Below, one piece after another: positions 1-9,527 of a stretch of DNA of 20,000 nt (position 1 is its first letter; every line of letters begins with the position of its first letter). The DNA is taken from the NCBI GenBank assembly GCA_022813965.1, contig JALDZS010000126.1, forward strand, positions 53,355 to 73,354, read 5' to 3'. The translations under genes were made by a program, and so were the position numbers. This DNA comes from Toensbergia leucococca (Eukaryota). The notes beneath the pieces are model-generated. The model ran no database searches. It was not told the DNA's origin and saw nothing but the letters and a program-made list of their open reading frames with translations.

Positions 1-193
1 CAGAGAGAGCATTGAAAAGGCAGTTGCCTACATTAAACAAAATGTTTTAGCACGGTACAATATGATGATGGGAGGTTGTGAAGGCGGGGGGAAGTTACAG
101 GGCGAGGGGGGGGGATTTACCATTCCCAGCCGTGTCTGCAACATAAAGACCGACAGCACGGAGCAATGGGAACTCGTCAGTCGAACCTCCCAT
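1..193 (-). CDS. OTU-family cysteine protease/deubiquitinase, 5' end only (exons 193-121 and 27-<1)
   Basis: Hand-spliced minus strand: ATG at 193, intron 120-28 (GTAAAT...GCTAAA...TGTAG). Translation MGGSTDEFPLLRAVGLYVADTAGNG|NCLFNALS matches the OTU catalytic-Cys motif G(D)GNCLFxALS. Not in the ORF track; continues beyond the window. Confidence 0.85.
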
Positions 194-1185
194 GCTGGGT
201 GAGACGAAGGAGCAAGATGAAGAGTTGAATTGGGTTCGTAGCACTACATCCAGTAGTTGGGAGCAACGGAAGGATATTTGTGACGACAGAAGGGCTGCCT
301 TATTGTCACTTCTCCTTCAAAAGCGTCACCTATTCCTCGATTCGAACGTGGTAAAGCCAAGGAGCCAAGCTGGTAGCTCCTAAGCGAACGGACTAGTAGG
401 GATTCCTTGCAAGGAACCGCTTCTTTTGATTCCGCAGCGAGCGCAGACAATAAGCCAACAAAGCCAGATCTGCTTGGCAAGGAGGAAGCCTGCTCCACGT
501 ACAACGATAACGTGTTCTGCTATCAGACTACAGAATGATATTACTTGAGTGTCCCACAATGTCGATTGTTGAATAGGCAATGATACACTGCGTACTCCGT
601 ATTTGATACTCGTATGCTTTTTTGAATGGCACGTTACGAGTACACTAATGCTACCTATTGTCAACGCTTTCTTGCTATTATCCACCTAGGAATCTTGGAG
701 GACCAAATCTGACATACAGGTAGCTACTTGTGTGGATTGCATAGAAGATATATTTATCCATGGACTCTAATTTCTTCACCGCTTGATTAACTCAGACTCG
801 AGTAACAAATCAACGACCCATAACAGCCACTGTAGGCCAAGGTCAGAATGCATCCTCGATATATCGCAATGTATTTTCTACCTGCCTAAGTGATAAGCCC
901 CTTAACAACTCAGGAGCTGCCTTTCCTTACTCAAAGTACATAGGTATCACGTATGGATCAGGCTAGACACGGCAGTGACGGCATGCAAGCAAAGTAAGCT
1001 GCATAGGTAAGGCTGCAGCCTTCTGTCAGAGTCCCGAAAGCCTCGACAGCCTGGTCACTTAATTAGTATCTTGAGGGCATATAGCAATAGCATACTTAAT
1101 TAACGCACTCCCCGAGTAAACTTAAGATTCGTGACATATGATCATTTATCCTTCATTGCGTGCTATTTCGACCATTTCTTTGACC

Positions 1186-2622
1186 ATGGGAGAATCTCGT
1201 ATAGTAGTGATTGGGTGAGTAGACACTTATGTGACTCGAAGCTCGGCCCACTTGATGACAGTGTCGATTCAGCGCAGGCGTGGCTGGTCTTACCACAGCT
1301 TTGACCCTGTCTAGATCTACCAAGTACCGCTATCAGATCACCGTTGCCGCTAAGCATATGCCAGGGTAAAGAACATTCAAACTTCCTACTGAGAATTGGC
1401 ATTCTAATGAAGATGACGCTAGTGACTACGACATAGAATATGCCTCGCCGTGGGCAGGAGCCAACTATTTGCCGTCAGAAACTCTGATCTCACGGCTATC
1501 TGCATAACCCAATACAATACCTTAAGCCCTGACATGTTCGTAGGGTATCCCCCGCAGGCAGCCCTGCCGCAGATTGGGACAGAAACACCTGGCCCGAACT
1601 TGAGAAGCTTGCAAGAAAATATCCTGAAGCTGGCGTGCATTTTCAAGGTTCTCTTCGTCTGCTCAAATGCACTACCAAATCTAATAATGCTTCCCAGACA
1701 CTGCGGTCTTTAATCGCGAAAAAGACTTGAATGGAGCCACGGGAACATGGTTCAATGAGTTGCTGAAAACAGATCCATGGTTCAAAGACGTTTTACCAAA
1801 TGTATTCTGCATCATATCTTGGTACTCGGGTTCTTGCTGATACTGAACCACCAGTTCAGAGAGATCCCCAAAGAGGATCTTGCTCCAGAGTTTGATACTG
1901 GGACAGCTTTCACGTCGGTGTGTATCAACACAGCCTTATATCTTCCATGGCTGGCTTCACAATGTCTCAAGAACGGAGTTGTTCTCAAACGTAGCATTTT
2001 CAAGCATATCTCTGAAGCAGCAGATGCCCACGATTCTAGCGAGAAAGCAGATTTAGTTATCAACTGCACAGGTCTATCAGCTGGTAAGCTCGGCGGAGTT
2101 GAGGATACGAAGATGATTCCTGCTCGTGGACAAATTGTGGTCGTGCGAAATGAAGCCGACTTTATGTGCTCTGGCTCGGGGTGTGATGATGGAGATGACG
2201 AGACATGTTATGTAATGCAACGGGCTGCTGGTGAGTCATTCTTATTTGTGCGCAATCCTTCAATTTAGCACAACTGATCCATTGAAGGCGGTGGTACAAT
2301 ATTGGGCGGCTGTTATCAGAAAAACAATTGGGACTCTCAATTTGATCCAAATTTGGCCAACAGAATCATGAAAAGAGCAGTGGAAATGTGTCCTTCTTTG
2401 ACAGGTGGTAAAGGCATTGAACATCTTAGCATCATTCGCCACGGTGTTGGTCTAAGACCTCTGCGCATTGGCGGCGTGAGACTTGAAAAGGAAAAGATCA
2501 ACGGGCTTTGGACGGTTCATAATTACGGGCACGGAGGCTTTGGTTATCAATGCTCGTACGGTTGTTCGCAGGTGGTAGCAAATCTTGTGGAAGAGGCCTT
2601 GGCTTTGAAATCGAAACTTTGA
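1186..2622 (+). CDS. DAO1: D-amino-acid oxidase (FAD-dependent, peroxisomal), 363 aa
   Basis: Exons 1186-1214, 1273-1365, 1423-1473, 1544-1647, 1698-1801, 1855-2230, 2288-2622 (1092 nt, in frame, all GT-AG). N-terminal FAD motif IVVIGAGVAGLTTA, YASPWAGANY, VINCTGL, PARGQ, GLRPLR, HNYGHGGFGYQ (DAO signature), C-terminal PTS1 SKL. Confidence 0.95.
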
Positions 2623-3098
2623 ATACATGTTGAGTGAATTGTTTCCTCCATATTTCAACTACATGCAAAGTCGAAGCGTGGACGAGAATAAGGTCAACTT
2701 GAGGATAGCCAACAACGTATAGGGTAGAATAAGAAGACATATTGAAATTCCAAGAATGTGTCGTACAGTGGCAGAGTGGCACGTGGGAAGAGATATTAGA
2801 ATACGGAGTACTCGTATGTGGCCCACTGAACTGAAAATTTGATTCGCTACTGCATGCGGCTAGCGTGGCCTGTTCGTGGCTTTGACGCCAACGCTTCCAA
2901 TCCTCGAATTTCCATCATTTTAGGCTTCTATTCTCCATCGTCTTCAATCAAACAGTCCACCAGCCAACTACCTCTTGACCTCCTAACACCAATCGCATCA
3001 CGATTCCAGGACTCGTTGTCGTAAGCATCGTCCCGACGGCCCGTAATTGACTGAGGGAACTGGGTATCGCATACCTCTTTCAAGCCAGCTCACTTGCC

Positions 3099-3768
3099 AT
3101 GGATTTCTCCAATATTTTGTAAGCTCTTCACAACCCGTTCGCCATCGTGACTAAGCTTGCAAGCTTTGTGCAGCTATTTCAGATCTTCGAAACGCAGTAC
3201 TGATTATGGCATTCGTGCAGTCGAATAGCCAATCTGGCCGTGGGCGCTCTGATGGTGGTTGGCGGAGTCTTCGAATGCATTCTCCCAGGCTTGTAAGCTC
3301 GGCTCGAGCGCTCTGAATCCCTCAATTTCATGTTTAACCCTTCGACAGCTCGACCAAAATTGTTGGAGTTTACGTGATTCTCTTCGGTCTGGGTGAGTTA
3401 CTCCAGTAACTTGAATCACTTGGACTGCGCTGATACTTTGGCGTCTAGCTACTGCGTTACTCGAATTTCAAATCCCACCCTATGTTTCGAGATATGCTTC
3501 ATTTCTCTTCAGTTTCCTTGGCCGGGGCATTTGTAAGTTAAGATTTGATTGACGAAGTAGTACATCATGGGGAAGGGTACTAAATGCTGTATTAGTCTAC
3601 ATATTTATCGGTTCCATCCTTCTACACGACGATTGGTTACGGATAATGCTTGGTGCAATTGTGGGCATAGTAGGTGTCGCCTACGTTGTACTCGAGTACA
3701 TACCTTCAATCGAGCCCCCCCAAAATATGAGAGACGCCGATGCTGGATGGGGCGCTGAGCAAGTATAA
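3099..3768 (+). CDS. TVP15: Golgi apparatus membrane protein TVP15 / COPI-associated protein, 130 aa
   Basis: Exons 3099-3118, 3221-3292, 3349-3392, 3449-3532, 3596-3768 (393 nt). Protein MDFSNIFRIANLAVGALMVVGG...IVGVYVILFGLATALLEFQIPPYVSRYASFLFSFLGRGIFYIFIGSILL...YIPSIEPPQNMRDADAGWGAEQV. About four hydrophobic segments, and the YASFLFSFLGRGIFYIFIG stretch is typical of the family. Donors are canonical GTAAGC/GTGAGT/GTAAGT. Confidence 0.92.
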
Positions 3769-4166
3769 TTTGGGACGGAGTTCCTTCCCGCGTCAGACGA
3801 CGGACGTCAACGTTGTGTAGACAGGCATGATCAAGATTGTCTGCTGCGTTTTGCGACGGTATTCATGTTCTATATGGGCTTCAAGTAGTACGGGGGCTTT
3901 AAGTCTGTTCGAGATATTTTTCAAGATAAGAGAGGGCGTTTCAACGATTTGTATCATACGCGATGTTTAATATCCTATAAGTCTCATGTTGGCTACATCA
4001 GAGGCCAGCTGAAGAACGATGGGCATTAACGTAGGATAACAGGCTCCTTTGTTCAATAAACTCAATGGGGGAAATGCCTGGTTACTGCTTCAAGAACTTT
4101 TATCTTCAATAAACGTTGAAAACCGTAGAGATACCAAATTATTGCTGTAGGCCGAAACACATCTAA

Positions 4167-4186
4167 CCAATGAGAAGGCGGGTAAT
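4167..4186 (+). promoter_or_regulatory. Bipartite CBC:HapX-type site CCAAT-N12-AAT upstream of sreA
   Basis: CCAAT (4167-4171) + gagaaggcgggt (12 nt) + AAT (4184-4186) matches the CSAAT-N12-RWT consensus. It lies ~470 nt upstream of the sreA ATG, and sreA is a known HapX-repressed gene in Aspergillus. Confidence 0.6.
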
Positions 4187-4351
4187 GGATAAGTGGTAAG
4201 CGACAGGGTGGAAGTCTGGGGAAAACCGTAGCACATCTCCTAGCTCGATTCAGTGCAACACAGGCTCGAGGTACTCTACCTCGTCTGCCTTTCTCCGTAT
4301 CCGTACGCCGCTCATCTTTTTAGGAAGCCTGTCAAGTGATTCGTCCCCAGA

Positions 4352-4377
4352 GATAAGCACTACCAAGCACACTTATC
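4352..4377. promoter_or_regulatory. Inverted pair of GATAAG sites (GATA-factor binding candidates)
   Basis: GATAAG at 4352-4357 and CTTATC at 4372-4377 with a 14-nt spacer. Further GATAAG copies at 3925-3930 and 4188-4193. Confidence 0.4.
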
Positions 4378-4573
4378 CGCTTCGCACCCCACGATCTCTG
4401 TGCGTCCTCCTGTGGTACTAAATACAGGTCCTCGATTCTGTTCATTCAAGTCAAGACTTCATTGCTGTCTTTGCTGTACTCCATTTCATCTAGATATTTT
4501 GGCACCCCTCTGAGTGATATCGGGCATCGCCACGCCATCGTTTCTAGGGCCCCCATCACTGGCAGGGAATATT

Positions 4574-4660
4574 ATGTCGCAAGCCGACTGTGCCTTTCTT
4601 GATCTCTCCGAAGATATTTCCTCACTTCAAGTTTCAGACCTAGCGAGCATGCCATTATGA
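4574..4660 (+). other. Upstream ORF (28 aa) whose stop overlaps the sreA start (ATGA)
   Basis: ATG at 4574 reads MSQADCAFLDLSEDISSLQVSDLASMPL*. Second in-frame ATG at 4649. The TGA at 4658-4660 overlaps the sreA ATG at 4657-4659. Translation is not demonstrated. Confidence 0.45.
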
Positions 4661-6514
4661 CAGGCTTGTTGTCCGTAGAGGCACAGGAGAGATCGTCGCA
4701 GGCGCTTTCGACCTTACATCGACCTCGACGCCTGCTATCTCGGCAATCCTCCGAGGTAGACTATGAAGCTGCCCAGCAACTCATAAAACATTCACAAGGA
4801 AGGCGAGATGATACGGGAGGTGACCTTTCAAACCCGACCATGGAGCTTTCAGCAGCCGCAAAAGAATCAACCAAAAGTCACATGGCAGAGGACAGGGATT
4901 TGCGCCGCTCAGCGTCGCAGGAGCTTCTACTAGAGACACAATACAGCCCATTTCACAACCCGCCCGGCACAGGTCAAGTTTGCAGGTACGGCACGTGTGA
5001 AAATTTCAGCAAGTTGATACAGAAAGGGGGCTCAATAACTGATTAAATGGCCTAGTAATTGTGGAACAACCCATACCCCTCTCTGGCGACGGTCACCGAC
5101 GGGTTCTACTATATGCAATGCTTGTGGGTTGTATTTCAAGGCTCGTAATGCCCCTCGGCCTACTAGCCTCAAACGACCTCCATCAACTCCAGTCTCTGGA
5201 CCCAACTCCGACCTAGATACATCCGAACAGCGGAGGAGCCTGTCTCCAGCCTATGCTGACGGCCCACCACAAAATAACAAATCAGTTTATGTCTCTGTGA
5301 ATCACGTCCCTACAGGGTCGTGTCCTGGTGGAGGTCACTGTAATGGTACCGGAGGAGCCGATGGCTGCAATGGCTGTCCCGCTTTCAATAATCGAGTATC
5401 AAAGACTACGCAAGTGTTGATTCAACAAGCAGCTAGCAGACCCGCAAATCTACTTCAAACGCCTAAAGCCGATGATTCAGTCACGGTGCAAACATCGCCG
5501 GATGATAACAGTCCCGTAAATGTCACCCAAGAAGTGCCTCAAAGTCTTGTACTCTCATGCCAAAATTGTGGCACAACCATCACTCCGTTATGGCGAAGAG
5601 ACGAAAGTGGCCGTACCATATGTAATGCCTGTGGTTTGTCACTCATCTCAGTAACCTCGGCTCAGGACTGACATGTTAAAGGATTATACCATAAGCTTCA
5701 TGGCGTTCATCGGCCAGTAGCTATGAAGAAGTCGATAATCAAGCGGCGGAAAAGGGTTGTGCCAGCTCTCCAAGAGCAATCACCCAATCATCCTCACATC
5801 ACCCCCTTCCCGGCTTCCGTTTCTCCTGATCCGCCACACAACACCGATCTCTCCGATTCAAGAAACCCCCGGCAGGCAGCCGCGAACCTGAATGCGGATG
5901 GATCTATGAGTCTTAATCTCCGTATTCGAGATCAGTCTCCCGACCAACAGCGCCCGTACGAACCGCCGCCTATAGACTTCACAGGCTACCACACAGCTCC
6001 AATCCGGCGGACGTCAGACCACTCACAACAACATCAACACCGACATATCTCTAGTATCAATAACCCGCCTAAACGTTCATCCCCAACCCAATCTCCCCCC
6101 AGACTGAATCTCATGGGACCAGGCACGAACCGAAAACGAAGCTTTTCTATCTCGGAAGGCGATACGAATCCTCCGGACATAACAACACCGGACAGTGCCC
6201 GCTCGAACCGTCTTAGCTCTATCTCCTCCATTTTGAATCCCACGCAACAAGAACCGATAGACGACATTCCTATCGATCCTAACCTCTCGCACCCAATCCT
6301 GCATCCCTCATCACACCTTCAACGGCACTCCCAGCACCACCACCAAATTCCATCATCTTCCGACAGTCGCGTCAGAGAATTTGTGCATGATGATCCGGGG
6401 GGCAGCAAGGAGAAGAGAGAGCGAAAGGCACGGCTAAGGAGAGAGGCGGACGAGATGAGGGAGATGCTGCGGCAGAAGGAGAGGGAGATTGCCGAATTAG
6501 CAGCTGAGGAGTGA
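4657..6514 (+). CDS. sreA: Iron-responsive GATA transcriptional repressor SreA (Sre1/Fep1/Urbs1 family), 579 aa
   Basis: Exons 4657-4985, 5056-5633, 5682-6514. Two GATA fingers ([61 protein letters not shown]) flank the Cys-rich iron-sensing motif CPGGGHCNGTGGADGCNGCP. LSSISSILNP motif and a C-terminal coiled coil are also present. Confidence 0.96.
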
Positions 6515-7017
6515 TTGAGTCTATTGGTAGCGAGTGAGGTGAGTTTATAAGCATGGGCTGGGAATCTGTTCTTCGAGGGGACTGGTAGACGTTGATGCCC
6601 CATGGGTATTATCTAAAAGTCATGATGGATGCAAGGCAGGAAAAGGTATGGGCTACTCAGCTTGAGAATTTCTTTCGAAGCTAGGAGACGGTAATGAGTG
6701 GGGCATGTGGTGATGATGATGGGGCTCCGCTTCATGGTAATTACGATGGGGAACGTTAGGGGCTCTGGTATGTCCTAAGAATTGTGTATAGCATACTCGC
6801 ACATATTTGGTCCCCGCGTGGCAAGAGCAGGAATATACGTGGGGACTACCTTGTTTAACACTACTCTTCTCCCTTTCCTTTGCCATCATTTTATTTCTTT
6901 TTGTGATATTTAAACCATCTTTGGGTGTTTTTGAATTGCTGGCATGAAGCAGTTGACAAAGATGAAAGTCAATGGAATTGCTCATAATCATTTTCTCATG
7001 AGTGAAAAAGAAATTTG

Positions 7018-7127
7018 GAAGGTATTTTTTTTTTTTTTTTTTCATTTTTCATAACAAACAAATTTCTATTTTATTTTTCAGAAACTTTTTTTTTGACTGT
7101 TTTTTTTAAAGATTTTTTTTGAAGGTA
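7018..7127. repeat. T-rich low-complexity tract (T18 at 7025-7042) flanked by a direct repeat GAAGGTA
   Basis: GAAGGTA at 7018-7024 and 7121-7127 brackets 96 nt of mostly T runs. Confidence 0.6.
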
Positions 7128-7139
7128 AAGGCCCCTGAG

Positions 7140-7700
7140 TTTTTTTTACCTATCTACCTTACTCAGATACTAAAATGAAAATGGTGGTCACGCTACTGAT
7201 TTTGATAGAAGAATAATTTAAGGGGGTTTTGTCAGAGACGGTTTCCGTTGGGTGAATGATTGCTTTATTGAAAATGCATAATTTACATTTTTTGAAGATT
7301 GTGCTGGCTGCGGGGTTTGAAGTGAGTGGTGTTTTTTCTTCTGACTGAGAAAGAGAAAAAGGTGAGTGAGGTTTAGAGAGAGAGTGTGAGTGATGATGAG
7401 TATTTTGATTGAGTCAGATATGAATGTTTGATGTATTAGTGCTGAGAATGAGTTGTGTGATTTATACAATATTTGTGATTTCTAAGCAAGTTGTTCTTGA
7501 GGTGAGTTGCTCCTTTCTGAGGTGAGGTGAATTTGAACTCATTTCCTTTTTTGATAAGATTGAGTAGGTCAATACTTTTGAAAAAGGGGGGGGGGTGAGG
7601 GTGTTCATCTGCTATCTTTCTTTGTTGGGGCATAGGGGCGTTCTTTTGATCATCTATTTGAGTTGGTGAGTTTTTTATTTTGCGTACGGGGGAATGCGGG
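7140..7700. other. Degenerate, compositionally skewed island (possible hypermutated repeat or pseudogene relic)
   Basis: No CpG between about 7313 and 7638. By hand count, about 24 TGA trinucleotides and only about 17 C in 7321-7560 on the + strand. No recognisable protein. Confidence 0.45.
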
Positions 7701-8368
7701 TTGTGCGGAATTGAGATTGGGAAGAAGATTGAGAGGGGGAAGTGGCGTCTTGAGGTTGAAAGTACGGAAGAAAGAGCAGAGGTTTTTTTGAAGCAGCGGG
7801 GGCATCAATGGAGAGTTTATGAGAAATGGATGGAGATGTAGACAGATGTCTTGTTTGATGTGAGCCCAAGAAACCAAAACCGTCTCTTGCCTATTTGTCT
7901 ATCTAATTGAAGCCGAGTTGGTGGAGTAATTCATCTCTGAACCGCGATAATGAATGAGACCTCAACCTTCTGAGCGGCTTGAGGGGTGGATGCTGGATGA
8001 GTATCAGATTGGTGCTGGATTGATGGGTGAATACTGAGTAAACGTTAGCAAGTGAGCGTCATAAAAAAGGTGCAGAGATCTACAGTAGATATTACCATGT
8101 AAGAAGTAGCTTCCAAGGTATACCGGATTTCCGAGACCTCTATATTCTCGGAGCCACAACACGCTTAGTTTGCCTAGGAGTGCTGACATATAGAGCCTTT
8201 TGTAGGTGTCAGCAGTGCCTTTGAAAAAGGATTATGGGCGACTGCTCACGATTTACTTAAAGAGGTATCAAGCATTTCTCGGATTGAAATGAGAGCTCCG
8301 TGGAGGGCTCGCTCCATAGAGAGCGAAGGCTGAATGACGTATCGATACAGGATCGAAGCGTGAACTTA

Positions 8369-9010
8369 TCACAAGGGCTCTGGCATAAATGATGATGTGT
8401 ACTGCCAATAATCCTCTGGGATGGACCATTTCGCTGGTCCACTTATGACATGTTTGAGAAGATAAAAGGTACGGTAATAATCGAACTTTCGCACCACGAT
8501 ATTGTCGACATGGCTTGCTAGTAGGCCGAGAGGCAAAAGTACCTCGAGTTCTTCAAGACGACCTGTTTCTCGGAAAGCAATTTCGAGGGTCTTGATTCTT
8601 GGGCCTGCCACTAACGCTTCACAAATCTTCCGCACGTCCCTCTGAATAACAGTGATTAAGCTTGTCTGTGGAACGAAGATGCTGAGTACGTAGTGAGAAA
8701 TCAAAGAACGTTCGGTAGGCAGCTTCCTCGAGATGTCGTAAATGGGTTCACCTAAGCATTGGACGATATGGATGCACCAAATGTTCTGTCTGTAGAAGTA
8801 TTCTCTTGCTTCGTCACGGACGATGGATGAGACGCCGAGTAAAGCAGTGGGGAAGTCCAGCATAAAGCCGTTTGTCGATGGCCACCAATGCTCTATACGT
8901 GAGCTCAGATCATTTCGGCTGTTGATGAGATGGCTATAGACAATATCTCGAAGCTCCCGTGGAAGCCCAAGAAAAGAACCGTCTCCTGAGTTTGATGTAA
9001 GGGTTTCCAT
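8369..9010 (-). CDS. F-box-like domain hypothetical protein (~213 aa; 3' end uncertain)
   Basis: N-terminal SFLGLPRELRDIVYSHLI followed by PTALLGVSSIVRDEAREYFYRQN, the pattern of the large family of fungal F-box-like orphan proteins. Confidence 0.7.
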   Translation of the reverse strand: METLTSNSGDGSFLGLPRELRDIVYSHLINSRNDLSSRIEHWWPSTNGFMLDFPTALLGVSSIVRDEAREYFYRQNIWCIHIVQCLGEPIYDISRKLPTERSLISHYVLSIFVPQTSLITVIQRDVRKICEALVAGPRIKTLEIAFRETGRLEELEVLLPLGLLASHVDNIVVRKFDYYRTFYLLKHVISGPAKWSIPEDYWQYTSSFMPEPL

Positions 9011-9527
9011 ATGGAGTAGTGGACATTGGAGTCAAAAAGAGAAGGATGAATGTGAGAAGGGATTGAGAGATAGAGGAATGTATTTCAAAGGCGAGACTGG
9101 GGAGACGGCTCTTCCGCAAATGATGACCCCGCACCGCCTCAGTGTTTCGAAATGTGATCTACAGGATCGACAGATAAGTGTCAGAGAGACTACAGGCCGT
9201 AGCTGATCACAGAGAAGCAGCCATACGGATAGCTGTAGACTGTGGAGGTATTGGCTTTCGTCCCGCTTTCGTCATCTGCGGGGCTCAAGGACGTGCTCAA
9301 CAACGTGTCTTGGTGTGTATTGATGTTGGCATAGCACCAGTTGAATACCTTGTTGACGGCGTCGTACTTCACTGTTAGTTCTTAGTGTCTACACTTGACG
9401 ATGACGTACATGGAACCTCCAAGAGCCGAGGATCCATTCCACTTCATCGTAACCGTCTTATCTCTAAGGAACCTTTTACTTTGCTAAGCTACCGTTCTTG
9501 ACAAAGCTAAGTATCTCCTCACATGCA

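Noticed and set aside
192..685. ORFs 192-383 (+), 244-504 (-) and 380-685 (-)
   Set aside because: No recognisable motifs; they lie in the OTU leader and divergent promoter.
6653..7045. 130-aa minus ORF starting MKKKKKK with a His run
   Set aside because: The start derives from the poly(T) tract and the ORF lies antisense to the sreA 3' region; no family features.
8240..8368. Open frame continuing after the TGA TAA stop of the F-box-like gene (possible readthrough or pseudogene)
   Set aside because: A double stop followed by only about 39 codons with no recognisable motif; cannot be supported without homologues.
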